Positions 9,075 through 23,080 of a DNA stretch of 52,928 nucleotides are shown here, piece after piece. Every line of letters starts with the position of its first letter. Within the stretch, counting starts at the first letter, position 1. Under the pieces are notes generated by a model. It was not told the origin of the DNA. It saw only the letters and a list, made by a program, of their open reading frames with translations, and did not search any database. Location: positions 1 to 52,928 of the forward strand of contig CAZXXL010000001.1 of NCBI GenBank assembly GCA_964644635.1, read 5' to 3'. The position numbers and the translations under genes are program-made. The stretch comes from an uncultured Thermoanaerobaculia bacterium (lineage in GTDB: Bacteria > Acidobacteriota > Thermoanaerobaculia > Thermoanaerobaculales > Sulfomarinibacteraceae).

Positions 9075-10013
9075 TCAGGGCTCGGAGTATAGCAGAGATT
9101 CCATGACGGGCCCCGGCGCGCCGAGCCTCTCGGCCGGGCCTGCGAGGCGCCGGGCGAGGGGAAGGATCCAGCCACGATAACCGTTCCGGCCCTCCAGCGT
9201 GAGCCTGGCGAAGGTTCCCAGAACCTTCAGACCCCGCTGCAGCAGGGCTTCCTCGAAACGCGAGCGCCAGCCGGCCGCAGGCGATGTCTCTTCCGCCCAC
9301 CGTTCGAGCGCCACGCGGCGGCCGGCCTCGCCGAGGAGCTCGGGGAAGGCCCGCTCGCCCACCAACGAGGCCACGTCGTAGGTGTCCGGTCCGACCAGGA
9401 CGTCCTGGACGTCGATCACGCCCGGCGAGCGGCCGGGCAGCAGGAACAGGTTGTTCAGGTGAAAGTCCCGGTGGCAGACCCGCCGCGGATGCCGCCCGAC
9501 CCTCGCCGCCAGTCGATCCAGCCACGCCGCCGTCGCCGGCCCCGTCCGGCGGCCGAGCCACGCCCGCAGGTACCAATGTTCGAAACCCGCCAGCTCCTCG
9601 CGGAGGCGCGCGGCGTCCAGGGGACGGTTCCACCGCGGCAGGTCGTCCGGCGGGACGGCGGCCAGCACGGCCAGCGGCCGGATCAGCTCGGGCACCGCCG
9701 CCAGCCGCTCGGCGGGCGGCGTTCGCCGCAGGACGGCCTCCGCGTCGTCCGGCCCGAAGTCCTCCAGGACCGCCGATGGAGGATCCCCGGAGACGTCCAG
9801 GATGCGCGGCACGCGGATCCCGCGGCGCGCGAACCAGCGCAGGACCTCCAAGTCCGTTCTCAGGCGGTCCGCCTCCCCGGCGGGATACTCCACGCGCACG
9901 GCGGTTCGCCCGCCCGCCCCCTCGAGGCGAAAGTACCGGCGGCGCGAGGCGTCGCCAGCGAGCTCCCGCCGCACCGCCGCGGCGAGCCACCCCGGGGCGT
10001 CCGGCGCCGTCAT
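9075..10013 (-). CDS. phosphotransferase-family (APH / choline-kinase fold, AmgK-like) protein
   Basis: CHRDFHLNNLF catalytic-loop motif and a downstream DVQD motif. The start at ATG 10013 overlaps the stop of the upstream RDD gene; the longer track ORF (to 10253) is an extension. Confidence 0.7.
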   Translation of the reverse strand: MTAPDAPGWLAAAVRRELAGDASRRRYFRLEGAGGRTAVRVEYPAGEADRLRTDLEVLRWFARRGIRVPRILDVSGDPPSAVLEDFGPDDAEAVLRRTPPAERLAAVPELIRPLAVLAAVPPDDLPRWNRPLDAARLREELAGFEHWYLRAWLGRRTGPATAAWLDRLAARVGRHPRRVCHRDFHLNNLFLLPGRSPGVIDVQDVLVGPDTYDVASLVGERAFPELLGEAGRRVALERWAEETSPAAGWRSRFEEALLQRGLKVLGTFARLTLEGRNGYRGWILPLARRLAGPAERLGAPGPVMESLLYSEP

Positions 10014-10531
10014 GACCGGTCGGAGAGCCGGTCCTCGACCCACGCCGACGCCCCGCCGGCCGCCAGCGCCGGGGGCCAGTAAGCGGACCCGAGCAGCGCC
10101 GGGAGCCCGAGGAGGGCGGTGGTGACCGCCGTGGCCGCCAGGGTCAACGCCAGGCGCCAGCCGTGGACCGGCCGTTCGAGCCTCACGCCGGCCAGCAGCA
10201 TGCCCGGCGTGCCCCGGCGGAGGAAAACCAGGGCGGCCGCCGACGCCGTCCACCAGGCGGCCGCGAGGCCGGCCGCCCAGGGCACGACGCCCAGGCTGGC
10301 GGGGAAATCGGCCAGCCTGAGGGCGGCCAGCGAGGCGGCGCAGGGGGCGAGCATCACCGCCAGCTCCGCCCAGGCAGCCGTCAGCAGGACCATGCGCGGC
10401 GGCGGGCCGGCGCCGGAACCCTCGTCCTGCAATCCTGCGGGCGCCTCGTCCCCGTCGCCGCCGGGCGCCTCGAAGAGCCGGTCCCAGTCGGCCGGGAGAT
10501 GCTCCGGGGAGGGGGGTTCGCCGCCGCTCAT
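10010..10531 (-). CDS. RDD-family-like integral membrane protein
   Basis: 173 aa with an acidic N-terminal tail, then 3 hydrophobic segments. RRGTPGMLLAGVRL resembles the RDD-family motif. Overlaps both neighbours by 4 nt. Confidence 0.5.
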   Translation of the reverse strand: MSGGEPPSPEHLPADWDRLFEAPGGDGDEAPAGLQDEGSGAGPPPRMVLLTAAWAELAVMLAPCAASLAALRLADFPASLGVVPWAAGLAAAWWTASAAALVFLRRGTPGMLLAGVRLERPVHGWRLALTLAATAVTTALLGLPALLGSAYWPPALAAGGASAWVEDRLSDRS

Positions 10532-12672
10532 CGCAGCGAGAGGCTCCCGATGAAGACCTTGAGCCGCATGTCCACCGGCCGCGCCCTGTAGGCGGCGATG
10601 AACTCCAGCACGCGCCGGGCCTCGCGGTCGCCGGGCTCGATCTTCAACAGCTGGTGGAGCTGGCTCTCCGCCCCGGTCAGGTCGTAGGAACGGAGCCGGG
10701 TGACCGCGAGATTGAAGAGATCGCGCGCCAGCTCCTTCCTGAGCTCGCCGTGATCGGGGTACCTGGCGACCAGCTCCTGGGCGATGCCGGCCGCACTCTC
10801 GTAATCCCCGTCCGCCTCGGCCTGGACCAGCGAGCCGATGAGGTTCTCGTCGCGGAGAATGCGGTTCTCGAGCGCCTTCAGACCCTCGTCCCCGGGATGC
10901 TTCTTCAGACCGGCCTCGGCCGTGCGGTAGGACGCGAGCCAGTTCCCGGCGGCGTACTGTTGTTCCGCGGTCCGTGCTTCCTCCGGCACCGGCGTCGGTG
11001 TGGGCGGCGCCATCGCGCGCCTGTACTTGGCGAGGCGCCGGGCCACCCGGGCCTGATCCGTGCCCCGGGCGCCGAAGGCCTCCAGGAGCCGCACGGCCTC
11101 CTCGGGCCGCCCCTTACGGTACAGCGCCTCGGCCCGGGCGAGCACACGATCGAGGCTCTGGGCCTGCTGCTGCCGTCCCCTGCCGGCCGTCAGTCGTGAG
11201 CCGAACCAGATCGCCAAGCCGACGACGATCAGCCCGGCCACCGCCAGCAGGACCAGCCGGAGCGAGACGACCCGTTTCGCCGCCGTCTTCACGGGCGGCG
11301 GCGGGGGCGCCGCCTCGCCGCCCAACGCCTCCCCAGCCTCCTCCAGATCCACGTCGAGCGCCTCGGCGACGGCTTCCGGGGCCATCTCCCCCGCGTCCCG
11401 CGGCCCGGCCGTCCCGGTCTCGGCGGCAGCGGCTTGCGTGTCGGCCACCGTCAGCTCCTCCAGGAGCTGGCGCGCGGCGAGATGGTCGGGCTGCTCGGCC
11501 AGGATCCCCTCCAGCACCCGGAGCGCCTTGGCCGCATCGCCCGCATCGGCGCTCTCCTGGGCCTCGAAGAACCTCTGCTCGAGGCGGCGGTCCAGCTCGT
11601 CCTGGAGCCGTCTCGCCCGGTCCACAGCCTCGTTGGCGGCCTGGTTGTCCGGGTCGATCAGATAGATCCGGGACCAGATGTCGATCGCTTCCCGGTAGTC
11701 GCCGCGCTCGAAGGCCTCCCACCCCTGTGCCAGGAGCTCCTGGATGCGGCCGCCGCCCGACGCGTCCGGGGCCGCCTCTTCGGTGACCTGGAGGACCCCG
11801 GTGCCGGCCGGGGGCTCGTCTTCGAAAAGGTCCGCGACGTCGTCGAGGTCGGTCGGGGTTCCGCCGGCCGCGGCATCGAGCTGGGCGGCGGGGGGCTCCT
11901 CCCCGATCTCGAGCTCGGAGGGGCCCTGCAGGGTGAAGGCGGCGCCGCTCTCCTCCGCCGGCGCGAAGGTGTGTTCGGATGCCGTGGGGGGCCCCTCAGG
12001 GGTCGATCCCGCCGCTCCCGCCGGCGGACCGGCCTGGACGTCGGCGAAGGAAAGCTCCGGCGCAGCGGCGGCCGTATCACCCGCCGTGACCGTCCCGGCC
12101 TCCTCCGCGGCCGGCGGCGGTCCCACACGCTGGATCTCCGCGAGCATGGGGGCGATTCCCGGGTGATGGGGGTCGATGGCCTGTGCCCGCATCAGCTGGT
12201 CGGCCGCCTCGCCCGGCCGGCCGGCGTCGAGGAGCTCGCGCGCCCGGGCCAGGAACCGGCCGATGGTCGCCTCGTCCGCCAGGGCCTTGGTCGCCTGCTC
12301 GAGGAGCCGGCGCGCCTCCTGGTTGCCCGGCAGCTCCCGGAGCACGGCCTCCGCCTTGGCCTTGGCGTCGAGGAAGCGGCGGGCGTTGAAGTCGTCCACG
12401 GCGTCGACCAGCTTGAGCCGGATGTCCTCCTCGCTGGGCGTCTGGATCTGGGAGAGCACCGCCGCCAGGTCGATGGTGGTGGCTCCCGCCTCGAGCTGCG
12501 CGAGAATGCTCCTCGCCGGCTGGAAACTGGGATCGAGGCGGAGGGCGAAATCGAGCGCGATCCTGGCTTCCTCCCGGTTTCCCTCCTGGAACATCGCGAC
12601 CGCGCGCCGGAACGCGCTCAGAACGCGCTCCTGAGCATCGGCGGTCAGCTCTGGGTCGCCCGGATACACCAT
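10528..12672 (-). CDS. large TPR-repeat protein with a central TM segment
   Basis: Multiple TPR-like units (for example EARIALDFALRLDPSFQPA, EAIDIWSRIYLIDPDNQAA, AEGILAEQPDHLAA), acidic low-complexity linkers, and a TM segment LRLVLLAVAGLIVVGLAIWFG. I chose the ATG at 12672; the TTG at 12711 (the track start) is possible. Confidence 0.7.
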   Translation of the reverse strand: MVYPGDPELTADAQERVLSAFRRAVAMFQEGNREEARIALDFALRLDPSFQPARSILAQLEAGATTIDLAAVLSQIQTPSEEDIRLKLVDAVDDFNARRFLDAKAKAEAVLRELPGNQEARRLLEQATKALADEATIGRFLARARELLDAGRPGEAADQLMRAQAIDPHHPGIAPMLAEIQRVGPPPAAEEAGTVTAGDTAAAAPELSFADVQAGPPAGAAGSTPEGPPTASEHTFAPAEESGAAFTLQGPSELEIGEEPPAAQLDAAAGGTPTDLDDVADLFEDEPPAGTGVLQVTEEAAPDASGGGRIQELLAQGWEAFERGDYREAIDIWSRIYLIDPDNQAANEAVDRARRLQDELDRRLEQRFFEAQESADAGDAAKALRVLEGILAEQPDHLAARQLLEELTVADTQAAAAETGTAGPRDAGEMAPEAVAEALDVDLEEAGEALGGEAAPPPPPVKTAAKRVVSLRLVLLAVAGLIVVGLAIWFGSRLTAGRGRQQQAQSLDRVLARAEALYRKGRPEEAVRLLEAFGARGTDQARVARRLAKYRRAMAPPTPTPVPEEARTAEQQYAAGNWLASYRTAEAGLKKHPGDEGLKALENRILRDENLIGSLVQAEADGDYESAAGIAQELVARYPDHGELRKELARDLFNLAVTRLRSYDLTGAESQLHQLLKIEPGDREARRVLEFIAAYRARPVDMRLKVFIGSLSLR

Positions 12673-12763
12673 ACGACCCGGATGGTAACCCGAAAGCCCC
12701 GGCCCACACAATACCGCCGCCGCGCGGTGCCGGCCGCCACACCCGCGGCGTGAACGACCCGGC

Positions 12764-14108
<1,345 letters not shown>

Positions 14109-14119
<11 letters not shown>

Positions 14120-16220
14120 CGGATCCCTCCCGCCGGGCCGGCGTCGATCCGCGCAGCGTGATCCTCACCCGGGCGCCGTGGGGATCGCGATTCTCGAGGT
14201 TCAGCGTGCCCCCGTGATCCGTGACCACGCGGTAGACCAGCGCCAGCCCCATGCCGGAGCCCCTCCCCTTCGTGGAGTAGAACGGCTGCAGCAACATCTC
14301 CATGTCCTCGGTCGGAAATCCCGGCCCGGAGTCCTCCACCTCGATGACCACGTCGTCGCCGCGCCTGGCGGCGCGGATGCCGATTTCGCCGCTTTCGCCG
14401 ACCGCCTCCATGGCGTTGTCGAGGAGGTTGACCATCACCTGACGCAGCAACACCGGATCGGCCACCGCCCGGATCTCGTCGCCGGGCAGGTCGAGCTCGA
14501 TCCTCACCCCGTCGCGCAGGTCCCGGTAGAGGGCGGCCGTTTCTTCGAGCAGGCCGCTGATGGAGATCGGCCGCGGATTGACGGCCGGCATCCGCGCGTA
14601 GCGGTGGAAGGCGTCGACCAGCTCTTTCAAGCCGGCCACGTGGGCGATGATGGCGCGGCAGCCGGTGACCACCACCTCGCGCACGGGCTCCGCCATGCCG
14701 GTGGAGTGGCGCTGGATCCGCTCGGCGGCGAGACGGATCGGGGTCAAGGGGTTCTTGATCTCGTGGGCGATCCGGCGCGCGACCTCGCTCCAGGCGGCCT
14801 GGCGCTGGGCGCGGATCAGCCGGGTGAGGTCGTCCATGGCGACGACCCAGCCGCCGGTGGGCAGGGGCTCCGTCGTCACCTCCAGGTGGCGGACCACGCC
14901 GTCCACCTCGAGATCGATCTGTCTCACGCCGCGGCCGGCGGGGCCGGAGAGGCACTCCAGGAGCTGTTCCATCCCCGGCCCGGCGAGCTCGCCGGTGGGG
15001 TGCCAGGTCCCCGCCCAGTCCGGGCGGCCCAGCAGCCGGGCGGCCGCGGGGTTGGGGCGGAACCGCTGCCGGGCGTGATCGAGGGTCAGGACGCCGGTGG
15101 GGATGGTGGCCAGGAGGACCGCCAGCTCCTGGTTCGAGGCCCGGATCTCGTCCTCGGTGGAGCGCACCCGGCGTACCATGCGGTTGAAGGAGTGCACGAG
15201 GACGGCGACCTCGTCGCTGGCCGGGACCGAAACCTCCTCCAGCTGGTTGCCCTCGGCCACGCGTTGGGTGGCGGCGGCGACCGCGAGCAGCGGCTCCGTG
15301 AACCGCCGGGAGAGGTAGAGCCCCACCCACACCGTGGCGAAGAGCAGGAGGAGGGTGATCGCGAGGAAGACCAGCACCGTCGTCGAGGTGATGGTCCCCC
15401 GCTCGAGCTTCATCTCCTGGAAGGTGGCGTACGCCGCCGTGGCGCGCTCCAGGTGGAGGAGAACCTCCCGCGGCAGCATGTCGCCGACCACCACCACCAG
15501 GCGGGTCCCGGGGATCGGGGTCCACGCCCGGATCAGGAGCCCCCCCCGCCAGCGGTCGGCGCGCCGGCCGGTGCGGTGCAGCTCGCGCGCCTTGAGCGGC
15601 GGCAGGGAGCGGGGGATGCGGCGCGGGTTCGTGACTGCCTGGACGAGCTGCGGCCCCCGGTACACCGCGATCAGGTCGACCCCGAGCAGCCGGTTGAGCT
15701 CCTCGATCCGGCGCGGGCTCCGGTTGCGCCGGAGGCTCGACGCCGCCGCCTCGGCCTGGCGCTGGAGCCGGTCCTCGATCAGCGCCCGCAGCTCGTCGGT
15801 GACGGCCGCACCCCCCTGCAGGACCTCCTCCACGGGGGCCGAGAACCAGCGGTCGATGGACCGCTGGAGGAAGTTGGTCGCGATCAGGAAGATGAGGATC
15901 ACCGGCAGGAAGCTCAGGCCGACGTAGGTGAGCACGAGCTTGGTCCTGAAGCGGGTGCCGAGGACGCCGCTCCTGCGCTCCAGTGTGAGGCGGACCACGT
16001 TGCGGAGGAGGATGAAGAGCAGGATCAGGATGAGGGAGATGTCCAGGTACCAGAGGACGAAGAGCAGGAGCCGGTTGGTAAGCTCCCGCGGCGAGGCGAC
16101 CTGGGCCCGCTGGGCCAGGTAGGCGGCCCCGAGGGAGAGCAGCAGCAGCGACGCGAAGGTCAGGATCAGGAAGCGATTCTGCCTCCGGTACCGGTGCCAG
16201 GCGTGGATCCACTGGCTCAC
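14109..16220 (-). CDS. NtrY-like sensor histidine kinase
   Basis: 703 aa. N-terminal TM bundle, HAMP and PAS-like regions, H-box IAHEIKNPLTPI, ATPase boxes NLLDNAMEA and GSGMGLALV. Overlaps the downstream regulator start by 11 nt. Confidence 0.88.
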
Positions 16221-16789
16221 TGCTCACCCTCGATCGCCACCGTGACCCAGTCCGTCCCCCGGGAGGTCGGGAAGACGAGCCACGTCGTCCCGGTGGAGAA
16301 CACCGCCCGGCACTTCAGCCGCAACGCGTGGCGGGTTCCCGGCAGGAGGAGCCGGATCGGGGGCGGCGACCGGAGCCAGGCCAGGGCCACGCCGGGATCC
16401 GCGGTTTCCCGGGCCTTCATGATGACGTCGTTGAGCAGGAGCTCGCAGCGATACCGCCCGGTGACCGGGTCGAACCGCACGGTGGAGACCACCCGTCCCT
16501 CCCAGATCTTCGGGTCCCAGATCACCGCCCGGCGGCGGCGAACCTGGACGGGGTAGACCACGTTCACCTGGGCTCCCGAAGGCAGCGCGTCGCTGATGGT
16601 CCGAGGAAGCGCGCCGTGCAGCACGAGGCGGACCTCCAGCGCGCCGCCCACCCGGCGAGCCCGGACCTCCAGCGCGCCGGAGACGCTCCTGGCGGCCGCC
16701 ATCGGCTCCTGACCGGAAGGGCCGGCGGCCGGCGGCGATGGGGGGACCACGAGGCCGAGGCCGAGCAGAAGCGCCACGATGCCGTGCAT
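16217..16789 (-). CDS. DUF4390-like periplasmic protein (usual partner of NtrY/NtrX-type pairs)
   Basis: Signal-like MHGIVALLLGLGLVV. Overlaps the kinase start (ATGA-type, 4 nt). The family call rests on its position upstream of an NtrY-like kinase and its size/beta-rich sequence; it is not verified. Alternative GTG start at 16822. Confidence 0.5.
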   Translation of the reverse strand: MHGIVALLLGLGLVVPPSPPAAGPSGQEPMAAARSVSGALEVRARRVGGALEVRLVLHGALPRTISDALPSGAQVNVVYPVQVRRRRAVIWDPKIWEGRVVSTVRFDPVTGRYRCELLLNDVIMKARETADPGVALAWLRSPPPIRLLLPGTRHALRLKCRAVFSTGTTWLVFPTSRGTDWVTVAIEGEQ

Positions 16790-16797
16790 CTGTTGCA

Positions 16798-16806
16798 ATT
16801 TTACCA
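16798..16806 (-). promoter_or_regulatory. candidate extended -10 promoter (TGGTAAAAT), possibly giving a leaderless DUF4390 mRNA
   Basis: The minus strand reads TGGTAAAAT-tgcaacag-ATG. It sits in an AT-richer island just after the lpxC terminator. There is no SD before the ATG at 16789. Confidence 0.35.
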
Positions 16807-16831
16807 CAGGGGGGACGCGCACGAATGAATC

Positions 16832-16855
16832 GGGGGTACGGCTCGCCGTACCCCC
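16832..16855 (-). terminator. intrinsic terminator-like hairpin after lpxC
   Basis: Perfect 10-bp stem GGGGGTACGG / CCGTACCCCC with a 4-nt loop, 33 nt after the lpxC stop. On the minus strand it is followed by gATTCATTC. Confidence 0.6.
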
Positions 16856-16888
16856 TCGTGGACCGCCGAAGCGGATGCGTGGTCGAGA

Positions 16889-17800
16889 TTACAGGGCGAA
16901 CGCCGCCGGTGCCTCCGCCTCCAGGGCGTAGGGCATCACGAAGGTGTCGCTGAAATCCCCGCCGACGATCTCCCAGCACTCGGGCCGGGAGAGGATCTCC
17001 CGCACCAGCCGCGCGTGGAGGGCGTGACCGGCCTTGTGGGCGGTGACGTTGGCCAGCAGCGGGTACTCGAGCAGGGCGAGATCGCCGATGAGGTCGAGGA
17101 CCTTGTGACGGACGAACTCGTCCGGGAACCTGAGCTCCCCCGACACCACCTCCCGGTCGTCCACCACGACGCAGTTGCTGAAGGAGCCGCCGAGGGCGAG
17201 GCCGCGGCTCTTGAGGTACTTCACGTCCTTGAGGAAGCCGAAGGTCCGCGCCGGCGCCACCGCGCTGGTGTAGACCTCCGGGGTGATCACCGCCACGTAG
17301 CGCTGATACCCGACGATGGGATTGTCGAACGAAATCCGGTAATCGACGGAGAGCTCGTCCGCGGGCTCCACCCGGATCCACTTCTCCCGGTCCCGGACCT
17401 CGATGGGCCGGGTGATGCGGACGGCGGTCGCCGGGCGGTTCAAGGTCCGGATCCCGGCCCGCTGGAAGAGCTCCACGAACCCCAGCGCCGAGCCGTCCAG
17501 GATGGGGATTTCCTCGCCGTCGAACTCGACCAGGGCGTTGTCGATCTCCATCCCGCGGAAGGCGGACAGGAGGTGCTCGACGGTGGAGACGGCCACCTCG
17601 CCGAGGCCGAGGCGCGTGGCGAAGGCGAGATCCTGGGCGTGGTCCACCCGCGCCGGGATGGCGACTCCGGTGTGCCGGCTTTGAAACACGATGCCGTGGT
17701 CCGCCGGGGCGGGACGGATCCAGAGCTGGGTCTCGAGGCCGGAGTGCAACCCGACTCCCCGCTGGGTGACCTCGGTCTCGATGGTGGTCTGCAGACGCAT
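16889..17800 (-). CDS. lpxC: UDP-3-O-acyl-N-acetylglucosamine deacetylase
   Basis: MRLQTTIETEVTQRGVGLHSG, TVEHLLSA and HKVLDLIGDLALL motifs. The ATG at 17800 has GGGAGGAAGG upstream; the track ORF extends spuriously to 17854. Confidence 0.93.
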   Translation of the reverse strand: MRLQTTIETEVTQRGVGLHSGLETQLWIRPAPADHGIVFQSRHTGVAIPARVDHAQDLAFATRLGLGEVAVSTVEHLLSAFRGMEIDNALVEFDGEEIPILDGSALGFVELFQRAGIRTLNRPATAVRITRPIEVRDREKWIRVEPADELSVDYRISFDNPIVGYQRYVAVITPEVYTSAVAPARTFGFLKDVKYLKSRGLALGGSFSNCVVVDDREVVSGELRFPDEFVRHKVLDLIGDLALLEYPLLANVTAHKAGHALHARLVREILSRPECWEIVGGDFSDTFVMPYALEAEAPAAFAL

Positions 17801-18064
17801 CCTTCCTCCCTCGGTCCCCGTATAGCAGGTTCCGTGCCATCTCCGCCATCTCACGTATCATTCGTGGATGCAATACTTTCCACGATGTGGACAGACTCTC
17901 GAGCCGGGGTGGACTGTGGGATCGCGCCCACACATGTTGCATCGGCGCAACAGTACGGGGTGACGCATCGCCGGCGTCGGGAGATCGCGGGCACACGGCC
18001 TGGGTTACGGCGTACAATGTCCTTTGAAGCTACCGCTCGTACCGGGCGAGAAAGGAGGGTCCGC

Positions 18065-19573
18065 GTGGCGGAGATTCCCGGCTGGTCCCCCGAGCTGGAG
18101 CGTTCCTTCAAGAAGGTGCTCTTTCAGTTCCTGGAGGACATCCACTCCACCAAGGCGGCTCTCTACCTCCTGTCCGGGGACGGGTCGTACCTGCTCGTCA
18201 CCCAGTACGGGTTCGGCCGGCGCGACAGGCTGGCGGCCGAGTACGCTCCCCAACACCCCGTCGTCCTCAAGGCCCGAGAGCTCAGGAACGAGCCGCGGGC
18301 CTTCCGCCTGCCGGACGAATTCCCCGAGGTGGCGGCCTACCTCGAGGCGGCCGGCACCGGTCACCTCCTCCTGGTCCCGCTCTTCGCCGCCTCGCGGGTC
18401 TTCGGCTTCGTGGACGCCCGCGACAAGGGCGGACGGAGGCCGTTTCTCCCCGCGGACCTCCGGCGCGCCAGGGCGATCGGCCGGGCGCTCATCGACCTGT
18501 TGGCCCGGTGCGGGATCTACCCGGAGCTCGAGGCCGAGACCGGCGGGCCGGCCGCCGAGGAAGAGGCGGCCGCGGGCCGGATCGAGCCGGCCGGGAACGG
18601 TCTCGACCCGGTGGGGATGGCGGACGTGTGTGCGGTCCTGCAGCGGGTGGTCCCCGGGCGCGCCGGCCTGGCGTGCGTCACCGTCATCGACGATGCCGGA
18701 GCGGGCTCGATCGTCTTCGCGGCCGGGCAGCCGGAGGCCGCGGAGCTCACCGCCCTGCGCCGCCACCAGTCGGAGGTGCTCAAGCGGCGGCACCTCGGCC
18801 CGCCCCCCGACACGGCGTGGAACCAGCGGGTCCTCCTCAGGCCGGGCCGCCGGCCGCCGGGCGCCGCGCGCACCGTCGCCACCGATGTGCTGCTCGAGGC
18901 TCCCGGGTGGTGCCTGGTGGGGTCGGTGGTCACCGACCGGACGCCGGGTGAGGCGGAGGACCTGCTCGGCGGGATCCGGGAGGCCGCCGGGCGGGCCCGC
19001 CGGGATACCGGGCTCCGCTACATCGGCCGGCTGTACGCCCGTTCCCTGGTCGAGCCGCACCGGGCGCGGGCGCCGGAGCTCGTGCAGCATCTCGAGGCCG
19101 TCTCCCGGCTGGCCTGGCGGCTCTCCCTCTCCCTGGGCCTGGACGAGGCCCGCGCGGAGGAGGCCGCCGTGGCGGGTCTCGTCCACGATCTCGGTCTCGC
19201 CGACCTGGCGGGACGGCGGGTGCTCCGGCACCCTTCGCCGGGATCGGAAGAGCACCGGCTCTACCGCAGCCACGTGGAGACGGGCGCCGAGAAGCTCCGC
19301 ACCGCCGGTTTCATCGATCTGGCTGCCGTCGTGCGCCACCATCACGAGCGCTGGGACGGCGGCGGATACCCGGACAGGCTCGCCGGCGAGGCCATCCCCC
19401 TCCTGTCCCGAATCACTCACGTGGCCGAGGTCTACGACGTTCTCGTGGCGAAATACAGCTACCGGAACCCGGTGGAGCCCGGCAAGGCCCTGTCGATCAT
19501 GCGCGCGGCCGCGGGGCACCAGTTCGACCCGACCATCGTGGAAGCCCTGGCCCAGATCGTGGCGACCCCATGA
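18065..19573 (+). CDS. GAF-domain / HD-GYP-domain signalling protein (putative c-di-GMP phosphodiesterase)
   Basis: C-terminal HDLGL ... HHERWDGGGYP (HD-GYP). N-terminal GAF-like regions. I prefer the GTG at 18065 (AAGGAGG 6 nt upstream). The in-frame ATG at 18017 overlaps a TACAAT -10-like hexamer and has no SD. Confidence 0.8.
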   Translation: MAEIPGWSPELERSFKKVLFQFLEDIHSTKAALYLLSGDGSYLLVTQYGFGRRDRLAAEYAPQHPVVLKARELRNEPRAFRLPDEFPEVAAYLEAAGTGHLLLVPLFAASRVFGFVDARDKGGRRPFLPADLRRARAIGRALIDLLARCGIYPELEAETGGPAAEEEAAAGRIEPAGNGLDPVGMADVCAVLQRVVPGRAGLACVTVIDDAGAGSIVFAAGQPEAAELTALRRHQSEVLKRRHLGPPPDTAWNQRVLLRPGRRPPGAARTVATDVLLEAPGWCLVGSVVTDRTPGEAEDLLGGIREAAGRARRDTGLRYIGRLYARSLVEPHRARAPELVQHLEAVSRLAWRLSLSLGLDEARAEEAAVAGLVHDLGLADLAGRRVLRHPSPGSEEHRLYRSHVETGAEKLRTAGFIDLAAVVRHHHERWDGGGYPDRLAGEAIPLLSRITHVAEVYDVLVAKYSYRNPVEPGKALSIMRAAAGHQFDPTIVEALAQIVATP

Positions 19574-20028
19574 AACGGGAACGAACCGTCCTCGCCGTCA
19601 ACCGGAAGGCCCGGCACCTCTACCACATCCTGGAGACGGAGGAGGCCGGGATCGAGCTCCTGGGCACCGAGGTCAAGGCCGTTCGCGCGGGCCACATCAA
19701 CCTCAAGGAGGCCCACGTCCGCTTCGAGGCCGGGGAGGCCTATCTGGTGGGCTGCCACATCAGCCAGTACGAAAGCTCGGGTTACGAGTCCCACGACCCG
19801 GTGCGGAAGAGGCGCCTCCTCCTGCACAAGCGCCAGATCCTCCGCCTGGCCGGCAAGGTCCGGGAGAAGGGTCTGACCGTGATCCCGCTCCGGGTCTTCC
19901 TGGACGGCAACTGGATCAAGGTGGAGATCGGCCTGGTCCGCGGCAAGCACCTGCACGACAAGCGGGAGACCCTGCGCCGGCGGACCCTCGACCGCGAGGC
20001 CGAGCAGGCCATCAAGGAACGGCGGTGA
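19570..20028 (+). CDS. smpB: SsrA-binding protein SmpB
   Basis: 152 aa. [31 protein letters not shown] and the basic C-terminal tail are typical of SmpB. ATGA overlap with the upstream gene. Confidence 0.93.
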   Translation: MKRERTVLAVNRKARHLYHILETEEAGIELLGTEVKAVRAGHINLKEAHVRFEAGEAYLVGCHISQYESSGYESHDPVRKRRLLLHKRQILRLAGKVREKGLTVIPLRVFLDGNWIKVEIGLVRGKHLHDKRETLRRRTLDREAEQAIKERR

Positions 20029-20066
20029 CGGAATCCGGCGGCCGGGGCCGGTGTTGACCGGGAACG

Positions 20067-22943
<2,877 letters not shown>

Positions 22944-23024
22944 TCCGCCCCCAGGCCCTTCACCGGCCGCCGACCCGGGAAGCGAAGCCCGCGCCTCGCG
23001 TCTCCGGCGTGATTCTCCGGTCTC

Positions 23025-23033
23025 TGGTATGAT
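23025..23033 (+). promoter_or_regulatory. candidate extended -10 promoter (TGGTATGAT)
   Basis: TGGTATGAT lies about 48 nt upstream of the GTG at 23081, in an AT-richer intergenic stretch. No good -35. Confidence 0.35.
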
Positions 23034-23080
23034 CCAGCCAACTTGGTCATATGATCAGTTCAAGAGGCGAGGAGATTCCC

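Noticed and set aside
16794-16806. A sigma-54-like TGG...TGC element (minus strand TGGTAAAATTGCA) upstream of the NtrY-like operon
   Set aside because: The GG-to-GC spacing is 3 nt shorter than the -24/-12 consensus TGGCAC-N5-TTGC. The same bases fit an extended -10 sigma-70 element better.
17863-17884. A small inverted repeat CGTGGA-N10-TCCACG in the lpxC / HD-GYP divergent region
   Set aside because: With only 6-bp arms it could arise by chance. There is no second copy in the window and no known motif match.
16224-19519. Long ORFs 16224..18017(-), 17015..18016(+) (the upstream part of track ORF 17015..19573), 18005..19519(-) and 18024..20057(+)
   Set aside because: They overlap lpxC, the DUF4390 gene and the HD-GYP gene in wrong frames or orientations. 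They give Arg/Pro-rich translations and span the lpxC terminator or the divergent promoter region.
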